This document shows positions 46,876 to 60,300 of a stretch of 64,000 nucleotides of DNA, piece after piece; the first letter of the stretch is position 1; every line of letters starts with the position of its first letter. A program made the translations under genes and the position numbers. A model generated the notes under the pieces. That model worked only from the letters and a program-made list of their open reading frames with translations, was not told where the DNA came from and ran no database searches. This DNA comes from Macrostomum hystrix (lineage: Eukaryota > Animalia > Platyhelminthes). Location: positions 5,456,001 through 5,520,000 of the forward strand of contig CATNEN010000039.1 of NCBI GenBank assembly GCA_950097015.1, in the 5' to 3' direction.

Positions 46876-48189
46876 CACGCCTGTCCTCTTCTCCTGTCAG
46901 CAACTCACGTCAAATTAATTCTCTTCCGAATTTCAATTTTTTGAGCCAACAATCAAGCCTCCTCAGTCGGCCTTCCTGTTGAATGAAGTCGGTTTCTCAG
47001 TCTGGTCTTTTTACACTGCAGCACGCAAGCTTATTCCTGACAGTGCTTGTTGGCCATTCATTTGTAATAACAGTCGGAGTGTCCCGCTATAGCTCAGAAT
47101 TCCATCAACTGCAGGGCGCCCCATTCGCAGCTTTGCTAGCAGACTTTGAGCTTGAGGACAGGAAAGGAGAGAATCCATGACACAATCCAGTTCCATGACT
47201 CATTTATCATCACTCAAGTCTGTCTGTCTGCCCCCCCAACCCCGAAAACAAAAGTTCAGGTCGCACTGAAAAAAGCGTTCGCTTAAACTTGCTGTTTCCA
47301 CAAAGATTTACTCTGCACTCCTCCGCCACCAATTAGAGTCAATCATCTTGCCAAGATTAATCAACTCTTCATAAGGTACTTTGGCTTGCTACGAGTGCAC
47401 GCAGTAGATGAAAATTTAACAAATCACCGATTCTTAATAACTCGCCATTTGTCCATCCAATTTGAAAGCAACTTAAAAAAAACACATTTTTTGCAGCGAA
47501 ACAATAAAAAACAAATGAATTATAGATAGAACTGAGGCCACTCCATGGATAGAGCGCGTGATCGAAGCCCTATGCACTTTAGGCGTGTTGTCTGCCTCCG
47601 TCGCTATAAATAGAGTCGCACTAGGCGTGGACGCACTTTAGGGTGAAGGGGGGATCGCTGTTTTCCGCGCACTTTTCTAATCCCAATTCCCCAACCGGTT
47701 TTGTCCCCACTTCCCCCCAATCCATTTTCTTCCTTACCTCTTCCCATTGCCAGCCTGGCTTCCCATAGCCGCCGCGGCTCCCAAGCGGATTTAGGGGGGA
47801 GGGGGGTAAAGGGCTCGCGTTGCTAGGGCGCCTAAATTTGGGCAGGCAGGGCCAAGAGCCGAAAGGCAATCAATCTTTCACTGGTCCGCGTGCACTTTTC
47901 CAGCCTCGGCTTCGGCCCAGCACTCCGGTCACAAGCATCCGCCCAGCCTCCGCAGTGATCGAAGCAGCGAGGCAGACTGTGCACAAGTGCAGACCTACAC
48001 CAGATCTCTAACTAAGCCAGTCTGTGACTTCCAAGAAAATTGGAATGAACTTTTGCAGCTAACTTTCGGAGGAATTTAGCTAGACTTAATGCCTGGTAGT
48101 GTGCGCGGCTAGTCTTGAAGTTGAAAATGGAAACAGAAGGAGTGAAGTGACAACAGCTTGTGACTGTGATAGAACTGGGGCTGGAGCTA

Positions 48190-49128
48190 ATGTGAAGTTT
48201 CGGGGGCGTGAAGTTCTGGAGCGTGAAGTTTCGGTAATGTGAATTTTCGGTGGTGTGAAGTTTCGGTGGTGTGAAGTTTCGTGGGGGTGAAGTTTCGGGG
48301 AGTGAAGTTTCGGTGGTGTGAAGTTTCGGGGAGAGAAGTTTCGGGGAGTGAAGTTTCGGTAGTGTGAAGTTTCGGGGAGTGAAGTTTCGGTGGTGTGAAG
48401 TTTCGTGGGGGTGAAGTTTCGGGGAGTGAAGTTTCGGGGAGTGAAGTTTCGGTGGTGTGAAGTTTCGGGGAGTGAAGTTTCGGTGGTGTGAAGTTTCGAT
48501 GGTGTGAATTTTCGGGGAGTGAAGTTTCGGGGAGTGAAGTTTCGGTGGTGTGAAGTTTCGGTGTGTGAAGTTTCGTGGGGGTGAAGTTTCGGGGAGAGAA
48601 GTTTCGGGGAGTGAAGTTTCGGTGGGGTGAATTTTCGGGGAGTGAAGTTTCGGTGGTGTGAAGTTTCGTGGGGGTGAAGTTTCGGGGAGTGAAGTTTCGG
48701 TGGTGTGAAGTTTCGGGGAGTGAAGTTTCGGTGGTGTGAAGTTTCGTGGGGGTGAAGTTTCGGGGAGTGAAGTTTCGGTGGTGTGAAGTTTCGGGGAGAG
48801 AAGTTTCGGGGAGTGAAGTTTCGGTAGTGTGAAGTTTCGGGGAGTGAAGTTTCGGTGGTGTGAAGTTTCGTGGGGGTGAAGTTTCGGGGAGTGAAGTTTC
48901 GGGGAGTGAAGTTTCGGTGGTGTGAAGTTTCGATGGTGTGAATTTTCGGGGAGTGAAGTTTCGGGGAGTGAAGTTTCGGTGGTGTGAAGTTTCGGTGTGT
49001 GAAGTTTCGTGGGGGTGAAGTTTCGGGGAGTGAAGTTTCGGGGAGTGAAGTTTCGGTGGTGTGAAGTTTCGGTGGTGTGAATTTTCGGGGAGTGAAGTTT
49101 CGGTGGTGTGAAGTTTCGTGGAGGTGAA
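48190..49128. repeat. Compound 15-17-bp minisatellite
   Basis: Core GTGAAGTTTCG followed by GGGA, GTGGT or TGGGG variants. Confidence 0.95.
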
Positions 49129-49755
49129 CATGGTTCTTGGTTCTTGTTGAATAAGTTGACATGGTTCTTGTTGAATAAGTTGACATGGTTCTTGTTGAAT
49201 AAGTTGACATGGTTCTTGTTGAATAAGTTGACATGGTTCTTGTTGAATAAGTTGACATGGTTCTTGTTGAATAAGTTGACATGGTTCTTGTTGAATAAGT
49301 TGACATGGTTCTTGTTGAATAAGTTGACATGGTTCTTGTTGAATAAGTTGACATGGTTCTTGTTGAATAAGTTGACATGGTTCTTGTTGAATAAGTTGAC
49401 ATGGTTCTTGTTGAATAAGTTGACATGGTTCTTGTTGAATAAGTTGACATGGTTCTTGTTGAATAAGTTGACATGGTTCTTGTTGAATAAGTTGACATGG
49501 TTCTTGTTGAATAAGTTGACATGGTTCTTGTTGAATAAGTTGACATGGTTCTTGTTGAATAAGTTGACATGGTTCTTGTTGAATAAGTTGACATGGTTCT
49601 TGTTGAATAAGTTGACATGGTTCTTGTTGAATAAGTTGACATGGTTCTTGTTGAATAAGTTGACATGGTTCTTGTTGAATAAGTTGACATGGTTCTTGTT
49701 GAATAAGTTGACTTGGTTCTTGTTGAATAAGTTGACATGGTTCTTGTTGAATAAA
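49129..49755. repeat. 24-bp minisatellite (about 26 near-identical copies) directly abutting the previous array
   Basis: Unit TTCTTGTTGAATAAGTTGACATGG. Confidence 0.97.
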
Positions 49756-50897
49756 TTCACCTCAATTTTTTCCATCTTTACTGTTTCGAATTCGAACTTT
49801 CTACCTCTACGTCCTTTCATTGCAACTAAACCTTGATTATATGACATTTTGAGACAATTTTGAGAACACCTGAAAAGCAATCACAGATCATTCAGTCAGG
49901 CTGTCGCAAAGGGCAATACATGACAAAGTCTAAAAACTAAATTCTGCTTTCTAATTGGATTTGAAGAGAACAGAATTCGTTGAAAGGAAATACAGGAAAC
50001 TGTCCGAGCGGGTTTCACATGGCGCAGCGCAGTCTTGTGTTCAGGTGCATGCGGAAATGGCGTGATGGGATCGCAAATGGGAACGCGAGGCAGGAATATA
50101 TTATTGGCTTAATAGACAGGAGGAAATCAAAGGCCGCCGTGAAAGTACTCTCGTACTCTCTAACTCTCTGCTCTTGGAATTCTTATTTTCTTTCCAAAAT
50201 CTCTGCAGTTTCTTCCCATTCTGTCGTGCACCGAATTCTGTTATTTGTTAAATTTTGTTGTTACGTTTTAATTGTATGGAGTCGATCTATTTATAGTTGG
50301 TGATGAATCTAAAGGGAGAGTAAGGTTTAGGAAATGTTAAACAATACCAAAGAAGGCTCATTTTTATCCCAAATGCATGACGGATCCCGATATTCATCCT
50401 TTTGTTGTGCTAAAAATGAATTCAATTCGCTATTGTTATCACTTCGTAATTATTCTAGGACATGCAAGCACTTTTGATTGCTGTCCGCTAGAAACTCACC
50501 GCATCCGTACTCAACAGAAAAATTGCCAACACTTCACTGAGTTGCAACAGCAGTCTTGGCAACCGTTCAAAACATGGCCACCGTACCCCCTTTCAATTCT
50601 CGCCATCGATGAGGAAACTGGGACCAATCGCGATGCACTTTTATATGCAACAACAAGAGCAAAACAAATGCATAGCGTCTTTGGAAGCTGAGTACAGCCG
50701 AATGCAGAGTACTCAGGCCTAACGATTACCTGTCCAGTATTCTGAGTTGAGAGTTTGACACTAGTTAAGCTCATATCGTGACGTCATTGGCGACGTTAAG
50801 CGGAGTCGAAGCGTGAAGTTTATATTTATATATTACAGGATATTCCATTGGTATGGGATAATAGACGGGATTTAGCCTCAGTGGCCTATGAAATAAG

Positions 50898-51265
50898 GAC
50901 AGGTGAGCTGAGATATGGCATGAGATAATGACAGGTGATATGAGATATGGCATGAGATAATGACAGTTGAGATGAGATATGGCATGAGATAATGACAGGT
51001 GATATGAGATATGGCATGAGATAATGACAGTTGAGATGAGATATGGCATGAGATAATGACAGTTGAGATGAGATATGGCATGAGATAATGACAGTTGAGA
51101 TGAGATATGGCATGAGATAATGACAGGTGAGATAAGATATGGCATGAGATAATGACAGTTGAGATGAGATATGGCATGAGATAATGACAGGTGAGATGAG
51201 ATATGGCATGAGATAATGACAGGTGAGATAAGATATGGCATGAGATAAAGACAGGTGACATGAGA
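50898..51265. repeat. 32-bp minisatellite
   Basis: Unit GAGATATGGCATGAGATAATGACAG(T/G)TGAGAT. Confidence 0.93.
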
Positions 51266-51999
51266 TCGGGAATGCACGCCATAAGAGATAAGAACTAAAA
51301 GTAAAGAACAATTGATAATTAAAATAAATAAAAAACAGACAGTGAGATATAGGTGACTTAAAGACATGAGAAAAATGAAGCGTTATATGGCATGGCATTG
51401 TTAATTTGTTACCATTACCATATCAAGTGAAGACTTAAAGTGCGCCAATCCTACCCAGTGCCCACCCACCGGTCCCTGTTTACGAGTTCTCAATAAAAGT
51501 ACAAGCGCAGTGGCTGTGGATTCAGCTGGCCCTGCCGACAATGGCAACTGCTTAGTGTTGCTGTCATACAGTCTGTAATGCAGGCACAGTCGATATGTAC
51601 TTTTTAGCAAACACAAATTTACGTTCTCTAAACCGCTTGCCCTTTAGAAGAGTATAAATTTAAAAGTGCAAAACTGAATCTGGCATTATTCTATGGCTGT
51701 TCGAATCTGACATTATTCTAGATGTTCGATAGATGCTAGCTATATAAGTCCTTACCTACGCTTGCCGAATATGTACTGTTAGGAATGGTAAATTATGTAA
51801 ACGGAATGTTCAATCACGTAATGAGTAAATACGGAAAAGTGCAATTTAAAAGTGGAATTCGTGATCTTAGCCAATTATGCAAATTTGGTAATATTTAATC
51901 TTAGGAATGTATAGTATTGGCATTGGCCAATCGTGAAACTGTGTATGTAATCTTTCGAGTGTGTAATCTAGAAATGTGAAATTTCGGAAATGTGTTATC

Positions 52000-52505
52000 T
52001 TGGGAATGTGTAATATTGGGAATGTGTAATATTGGGAATGTTTAATATTGGGAATGTGTAATATTGGGAATGTGTAATATTGGGAATGTGTAATATTGGG
52101 AATGTGTAATATTGGGAATGTGTAATATTGGGAATTTGTAATAATGCAATGTGTAATGTTGGGAATGTGTAATGGTGGGAATGTGTAATGTTGGGAATGT
52201 GTAATGTTGGGAATGTGTAATATTGGGAATGTGTAATATTGGGAATTTGTAATAATGCAATGTGTAATGTTGGGAATGTGTAATATTGGGAATGTGTAAT
52301 ATTGGGAATGTGTAATATTGGGAATATGTAATATTGGGAATGTGTAATGTTGGGAATGTGTAATATTGGGAAAGTGTAATATTGGGAATTTGTAATAATG
52401 GAATGTGTAATGTTGGGAATGTTTAATATTGGGAATGTGTAATATTGGGAATGTGTAATATTGGGAATGTGTAATATTGGGAATGTGTAATATTGGGTAA
52501 TGTGT
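52000..52505. repeat. 16-bp minisatellite
   Basis: Unit GGGAATGTGTAATATT. Confidence 0.93.
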
Positions 52506-53169
52506 TGTCGAGAAAATTTGGAATTCGTAATTAGAATTGTTAAGTTATGGCACGGTAAGAATATTGTGTAGCAGTTATTAATTAAGTGAGCATGAGCATG
52601 TCACTTTGAGATTAAATCACTACACCTGGCAATGCAAAAACTCCACCTGAAAACAGTCTCAACAAGAGAAGAAAGCTTGTTTAACAATCCAGGCAACACA
52701 GCAAGGATAAGGTACAATGGCCCTACAAATGGGCCCACCTGACCATGGCGGGATTCGGCTAGCATCAACAGCAATAAAATGCGGCTGGGGCCAAGTAAAA
52801 GTACAAATCCCAGACCCAAAGCCGGACCCTGGGCCCAGGCCCAGCTATTAACAGTTGTCTGCAGCAGTTCTCTTTCACAGAGCAGAAGGAACTGGGGCTA
52901 ATATGATGAAACATATGATGAAACACGCTCACATATTGTAAAATTGTTTATAACCTGAAGTAGGAGCCTCCCCCAGCTAGTCGTGCCCCCAGCTAGCACG
53001 TGACAGTGGACAAAAAGAGAGAATAAAAGTACATTCCATAATATGAGCGTGACTCACACTCACACACGCCCAGTTCATTCTGGCTGAGGCTAAAAAGTAA
53101 AATGCACTTGAAATAAATTGCACCTAAAAGCATATTTTAAGCATTCTGGGAGCTGCACAGCTAAAATAA

Positions 53170-53363
53170 ATAAACTGGCCATTGCTTAAACTAAACTGGC
53201 CATTGCTTAAACTAAACTGGCCATTCCTTAAACTAAACAGGCCATTCCTTAAACTAAACAGGCCATTCCTTAAACTAAACAGGCCATTCCTTAAACTAAA
53301 CTGGCCACTCTTAAACTAAACAGGCCATTCCTTAAACTAAACAGGCCATTCCTTAAACTAAAC
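53170..53363. repeat. 21-bp minisatellite (about 9 copies)
   Basis: Unit GGCCATTCCTTAAACTAAACA. Confidence 0.92.
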
Positions 53364-54119
53364 CACACTTTCCTTTAACTTATACTTAAATTGAAAGCTT
53401 TAATTTTAAATGACCTTTTTTCCGGCAATTTCATTAAATCTCGGACTCCATAATCTTTGGGAAGGATTGCAATGCCTACTTGCAGAGTACATCGAGAAAA
53501 AGAATGATTAAAGCTTTGAATAGTGCACATGTTAATCACGGCATAATATTTTTATTTACCATCTGAGAATTTGGGCCCAGGCTAAAGTTAAGCAGGCCTG
53601 TTTGGCAGTGGATTAACAAAGTTGTACAAATATGCCCAATGAGGACTCGGAATCAAACTGTGCGCGCTGACAGAAACACAAACCGGATTAGGATTATAGC
53701 ACCGAGAGAAGTAGTGCCAGAGGATTAGAGAGAAATAATTAAGGCAGCAGCCACAAACTACTGCAGGGAAAAGTATAACGACAGGAACGCTGATCAATTG
53801 CGACGAGGAAAGGAATCTGAAAGTGCGATGGGAAGGCAATTTGTCACGGGCTCGGCATCCCCTACAGTCTGTGTTCCTGTCACCGACTGCAGTCCGCTAA
53901 TACGGTGGCCACCCTCGGGCCAGGGGTAGCTATAGAACAGGAGCAGGAAAGTTCTTTATAAAAGTGCACCGATTTCACGAAACATCAGAAACCGATCGAT
54001 AAGCGGATAATGTGAGCCATTGCTTCGAGTTAATGATCTTAGAACTTCGGTGGCCCATTAAACACAAGTGCATTTGCTGTTAGTATCTAGGGGGCTCATT
54101 GTTAATCATTGTCTAGCCT

Positions 54120-55655
54120 CGTCAGGTCTTGTCTGGTCAGGTCATATCAGATCAGGTCAGGTGTGGTCAGTCAGGTGTGGTCAGTCAGGTCAGGTGTGGT
54201 CAGTCAGGTGTAGTCAGTCAGGTCAGGTGTGGTCAGTCGATCAGGTATGGTCAGTCAGGTGTGGTCAGTCAGATCAGATGTGGTCAGTCAGGTCAGGTGT
54301 GGTCAGTCAGATCAGGTGTGGTCAGTCAGGTCAGGTGTGGTCAGTCAGATCAGGTGTGGTCAGTCAGGTCAGGTGTGGTCAGTCAGATCAGGTGTGGTCA
54401 GTCAGGTCAGGTGTGGTCAGTCAGGTGTGTTCAGTCAGGTCAGGTGTGGTCAGTCAGGTGTGTTCAGTCAGGTCAGATGTGGTCAGTCAGGTGTGGTCAG
54501 TCAGGTGTGTTCAGTCAGGTCAGGTGTGGTCAGTCAGATCAGGTATGGTCAGTCAGATCAGGTGTGGTCAGTCAGATCAGGTGTGGTCAGTCAGGTCAGG
54601 TGTGGTCAGTCAGATCAGGTGTGGTCAGTCAGGTGTGGTCAGTCAGGTGTTGTCAGTCAGGTGTGGTCAGTCAGGTGTGGTCAGTCAGGTGTGGTCAGTC
54701 AGGTGTGTTCAGTCAGGTCAGGTGTGGTCAGTCAGGTGTGTTCAGTCAGGTCAGGTGTGGTCAGTCAGGTGTGGTCAGTCAGGTGTGTTCAGTCAGGTCA
54801 GGTGTGGTCAGTCAGGTCAGGTGTGGTCAGTCAGGTGTGGTCAGTCAGGTCAGGTGTGGTCAGTCAGGTGTGGTCAGTCAGGTGTGGTCAGTCAGGTGTG
54901 GTCAGTCAGGTGTGTTCAGTCAGGTCAGGTGTGGTCAGTCAGGTGATGTCAGTCAGATCAGGTGTGGTCAGTCAGGTGTGGTCAGTCAGATCAGGTGTGG
55001 TCAGTCAGGTGTGGTCAGTCAGGTGTGTTCAGTCAGGTCAGGTGTGGTCAGTCAGGTGATGTCAGTCAGATCAGGTGTGGTCAGTCAGGTGTGTTCAGTC
55101 AGATCAGGTGTGGTCAGTCAGGTGTGGTCAGTCAGGTGTGGTCAGTCAGATCAGGTGTGGTCAGTCAGGTGTGGTCAGTCAGGTGTGGTCAGTCAGATCA
55201 GGTGTGGTCAGTCAGGTGTGGTCAGTCAGGTGTGTTCAGTCAGGTCAGGTGTGGTCAGTCAGGTGATGTCAGTCAGATCAGGTGTGGTCAGTCAGGTGTG
55301 TTCAGTCAGATCAGGTGTGGTCAGTCAGGTGTGTTCAGTCAGATCAGGTGTGGTCAGTCAGGTGTGTTCAGTCAGATCAGGTGTGGTCAGTCAGGTGTGT
55401 TCAGTCAGATCAGGTGTGGTCAGTCAGGTGTGTTCAGTCAGATCAGGTGTGGTCAGTCAGGTGTGGTCAGTCAGGTGTGGTCAGTCAGATCAGGTGTGGT
55501 CAGTCAGGTGTGGTCAGTCAGGTGTGTTCAGTCAGATCAGGTGTGGTCAGTCAGGTGTGGTCAGTTAGGTGTGGTCAGTCAGGTGTGGTCAGTCAGGTGT
55601 GGTCAATCAGGTGTGGTCAGTCAGGTGTGTTCAGTCAGGTCAGGTGTGGTCAGTC
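54120..55655. repeat. Compound 14/19-bp minisatellite
   Basis: TCAGGTGTGGTCAG with optional TCAGG/TCAGA inserts. Confidence 0.95.
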
Positions 55656-56335
55656 CTATTGAATTGTTGCCATGGGCCCCACACTGCGCAACACATATCG
55701 GGTAGTCAGAGGCATTTTCGCCGTGAGCTACAGAGGCCATAAAACAGGAATAATTGCCAAGCGCTCAGTTTGCATAGGGTCGAAAAAGAATGAAAATAGA
55801 GAACAAGAGAAAAGCAGAAAAGGCAGGTGTGTAGGTGATAGAGAGAAGTACAGGACAGCACAGCGCTAGCCGCCGACCCCACTATCTGATTAGTTCGAAA
55901 GCACTAGGCCACAGAAAAGAAATAAGTTTCGGTTAGAACTTTTTATTTAATATGGAAGACGAGAACTTCGCCCCGCCAAGAGGGCAAATAATTCACGAAC
56001 AGACGGACAGGCCGTCTGTAATGAGATATTACGTTTATATTGATATTTATTTCATAAAACATGTGTACCAAACCAGTGAGAACCTTTGCAAAATTGCAAA
56101 CTCCAGTCTACGACGTAAGTAATAAATATTGCGTCACCTAAAAATATTGGCCGAGAGAGAAAAACAAAAACATGCGCGCAACATCAACAAGTTGGAGGCT
56201 AAGAAACATTAAAGTCAATACATAGGGCCAATAGAACTCAAATGAAATGACGAATCATGGCTTAATATTTTTAACAGACTAGGCAATCAGTTTAAGGCAA
56301 TGATTTATCACTGGGCCACACTGGGCACACTCGAG

Positions 56336-57298
56336 TAGTCTGGTCACTCCGTACAACTCAGTCTGGTCACTCCGCACAACTCAGTCTGGTCACTCCGTAC
56401 AACTCAGTCTGGTCACTCCGCACAACTCAGTCTGGTCACTCCGCACAACTCAGTCTGGTCACTCCGCACAACTCAGTCTGGTCACTCCGCACAACTCAGT
56501 CTGGTCACTCCGTACAACTCAGTCTGGTCACTCCGCACAACTCAGTCTGGTCACTGCGCTCAAGTCAGTCTGGTCACTCCGTACAACTCAGTCTGGTCAC
56601 TCCGTACAACTCAGTCTGGTCACTCCGCACAACTCAGTCTGGTCACTCCGTACAACTCAGTCTGGTCACTCCGCACAACTCAGTCTGGTCACTCCGCACA
56701 ACTCAGTCTGGTCACTGCGCACAACTCAGTCTGGTCACTGCGCTCAAGTCAGTCTGGTCACTCCGCACAACTCAGTCTGGTCACTGCGCTCAAGTCAGTC
56801 TGGTCACTCCGCACAACTCAGTCTGGTCACTCCGCACAACTCAGTCTGGTCACTCCGCACAACTCAGTCTGGTCACTGCGCTTAAGTCAGTCTGGTCACT
56901 CCGCACAACTCAGTCTGGTCACTCCGCACAACTCAGTCTGGTCACTCCGCACAACTCAGTCTGGTCACTCCGCACAACTCAGTCTGGTCACTCCGTACAA
57001 CTCAGTCTGGTCACTGCGCACAACTCAGTCTGGTCACTGCGCTCAAGTCAGTCTGGTCACTCCGCACAACTCAGTCTGGTCACTGCGCTCAAGTCAGTCT
57101 GGTCACTCCGCACAACTCAGTCTGGTCACTCCGCACAACTCAGTCTGGTCACTCCGCACAACTCAGTCTGGTCACTCCGCACAACTCAGTCTGGTCACTC
57201 CGCACAACTCAGTCTGGTCACTCCGCACAACTCAGTCTGGTCACTCCGCACAACTCAGTCTGGTCACTCCGCACAACTCAGTCTGGTCACTCCGCACA
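56336..57298. repeat. 23-bp minisatellite (about 42 copies) starting about 14 nt after the stop codon of the last gene
   Basis: Unit CTCAGTCTGGTCACTCCGCACAA. Confidence 0.96.
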
Positions 57299-57311
57299 GC
57301 TAGTCAGGTTC

Positions 57312-60300
57312 TCAGGCCACGCTGCACCATCTTCGCTGCTGAGCGGACTCCGCATCAGGCTGCGGCGATTCGGCCCTTTCAGAATAATCTTCTTCATCTT
57401 CTTCGTAGCCGTCTTCGTTGTCATCGGCGGTTGAAGAATCAAAATCTGACGACGAGGAGAAGGTCGACAGAGCGGACACCGGGTGCCGGCTTGCCGGATT
57501 TCTAGCGTTGAAGAAAAATTGGGGCGAAGGGCGATGGACTGAAATGGCACTAAAGAAAAAACGATGAGTAGTCAGTTACTACGACAGTACAGTACATTAC
57601 TATAACAACTACGAGTATCGGATGCGCCAGCTGGTGCCGGATGTCAGGTGGTTGTGGGTGCCAGGTGTGTATAAGTGGCATGTGGTTTGCGGGTGTCAGG
57701 TTCTTTTGGGTGTCAGGCTTTCGCGGGTGTCAGGCGTTTGCGGTAGCCAGGTGTTGCGGGTGTCAGGTGTTTGCGGGTGTCAGGTTGTTCTGGGTGTCAG
57801 GTGTTTGCAGGTGTCAGGTTGTGTCAGGTGTTTGCAGGTGTCAGGTTGTGTCAGGTGTTTGCAGGTGTCAGGTTGTTCTGGTTGTCAGGTGTTTGCAGGT
57901 GTCAAGTTGTTCTGGGTGTCAGGTGTTTGCAGGTGTCAGGTTGTTCTCGGTGTCAGGTGTTTGCGGTAGCCAGGTGTTGCGGGTGTCAGGTGTTTGCGGT
58001 AGCCAGGTGTTGCGGGTGTCAGGTTCTTTTGGTTGTCAGGCTTTTGCGGGTGTCAGATGTTTTTTGCAGGTGTCAGGCTCTTCTGGGTGTCAGGTGTTTG
58101 CAGGTGTCAGGTTGTTCTGGGTGTCAGGTGTTTGCGGGTGTCAGGTATCTGCGGTAGCCAGGTGTTGCAGGTGTCAGGTGTTTGCGGTAGCCAGGTGTTG
58201 CAGGTGTCAGGTGTTTGCGGGTGTCAGGTGTTTGCGGGTGTCAGATTCTTTTGGGTGTCAGGTGCTTGCGGGTATCAGGTGTTTGCGGGTGTCAGGTTCT
58301 TTTGGGTGTCAGGTGTTTGCGGGTGTCAGGTGTTTGCGGGTGTCAGGTGTTTGCGGGTGTCAGGTGTTTGCATGTAGAATTGGCAGAGTATATTGTGAAG
58401 TAGCAAATCTAATTAAGTTGTGTAGTGAGATGCGTAAGCAGAGACCAGTGCTAAATAACTACGAAAGTATACTACGAAAGTATTCGTAGTATAGTATACT
58501 ACGTATACTATTTAATTAAATATCATAGAATGAAAACTATTTGTTCTTGTGCGATCTGAATCGCGGATATGGGTTCTAGAGTCTAGATTGAGTTTATGTC
58601 CATTTAAAGTACAAATGAGCGGAAAAGAATGACGCACAGACTAAAACCAGCAGGCTAAAAGATAACAGAAGCGGTGGACGTTGGGCCCTGTATAATAAGG
58701 CGGTCACTCCCCAATTTACTTTACAAAGAGCACTGAGCAGTGCTCAAGTGACAGCGCGAGTTTGTAAAAGTGCGAAGAAATAGATTAGATTATTATGGAA
58801 TGAATTATTATGGAATAGGCCGGTGACGGAATGACACTTTGTGTGATTTGATTTGACAATATTCAAAGACAAAGCGCAGAATACGATCAACGAAACAAAA
58901 GAGAGTTTTTATAGATGGATCAGGGGTAACAGCTGATGCACTGAAGGATCAGGGGTAACAGCTGATGCACTGGAGGATCAGGGGTAACAGCTGATGCACT
59001 GAAGGATCAGGGGTAACAGCTGATGCAATGAAGGATCAGGGGTAACAGCTGATGCACTGAAGGATCAGGGGTAACAGCTGATGCACTGAAGGATCAGGGG
59101 TAACAGCTGATGCACTGAAGGATCAGGGGTAACAGCTGATGCACTGAAGGATCAGGGGTAACAGCTGATGCACTGAAGGATCAGGGGTAACAGCTGATGC
59201 AATGAAGGATCAGGGGTAACAGCTGATGCAATGAAGGATCAGGGGTAACAGCTGATGCACTGAAGGATCAGGGGTAACAGCTGATGCACTGAAGGATCAG
59301 GGGTAACAGCTGATGCACTGAAGGATCAGGGGTAACAGCTGATGCACTGAAGGATCAGGGGTAACAGCTGATGCAATGAAGGATCAGGGGTAACAGCTGA
59401 TGCAATGAAGGATCAGGGGTAACAGCTGATGCACTGAAGGATCAGGGGTAACAGCTGATGCAATGAAGGATCAGGGGTAACAGCTGATGCAATGAAGGAT
59501 CAGGGGTAACAGCTGATGCAATGAAGGATCAGGGGTAACAGCTGATGCAATGAAGGATCAGGGGTAACAGCTGATGCACTGAAGGATCAGGGGTAACAGC
59601 TGATGCAATGAAGGATCAGGGGTAACAGCTGATGCAATGAAGGATCAGGGGTAACAGCTGATGCAATGAAGGATCAGGGGTAACAGCTGATGCAATGAAG
59701 GATCAGGGGTAACAGCTGATGCAATGAAGGATCAGGGGTAACAGCTGATGCAATGAAGGATCAGGGGTAACAGCTGATGCACTGAAGGATCAGGGGTAAC
59801 AGCTGATGCAATGAAGGATCAGGGGTAACAGCTGATGCAATGAAGGATCAGGGGTAACAGCTGATGCAATGAAGGATCAGGGGTAACAGCTGATGCAATG
59901 AAGGATCAGGGGTAACAGCTGATGCAATGAAGGATCAGGGGTAACAGCTGATGCAATGAAGGATCAGGGGTAACAGCTGATGCACTGGAGGATCAGGGGT
60001 AACAGCTGATGCACTGAAGGATCAGGGGTAACAGCTGATGCACTGAAGGATCAGGGGTAACAGCTGATGCAATGAAGGATCAGGGGTAACAGCTGATGCA
60101 CTGAAGGATCAGGGGTAACAGCTGATGCACTGGAGGATCAGGGGTAACAGCTGATGCACTGAAGGATCAGGGGTAACAGCTGATGCAATGAAGGATCAGG
60201 GGTAACAGCTGATGCACTGAAGGATCAGGGGTAACAGCTGATGCACTGGAGGATCAGGGGTAACAGCTGATGCACTGAAGGATCAGGGGTAACAGCTGAT

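Noticed and set aside
48012-55705. Long repetitive ORFs at 48-49.9 kb and 54-55.7 kb
   Set aside because: Translations of satellite arrays.
57287-57550. The ORF-track frame MPFQSIAL...SCAE as the last exon
   Set aside because: Its phase is incompatible with the upstream donor at 61333. The alternative frame ending CSVA* at 57312 fits.
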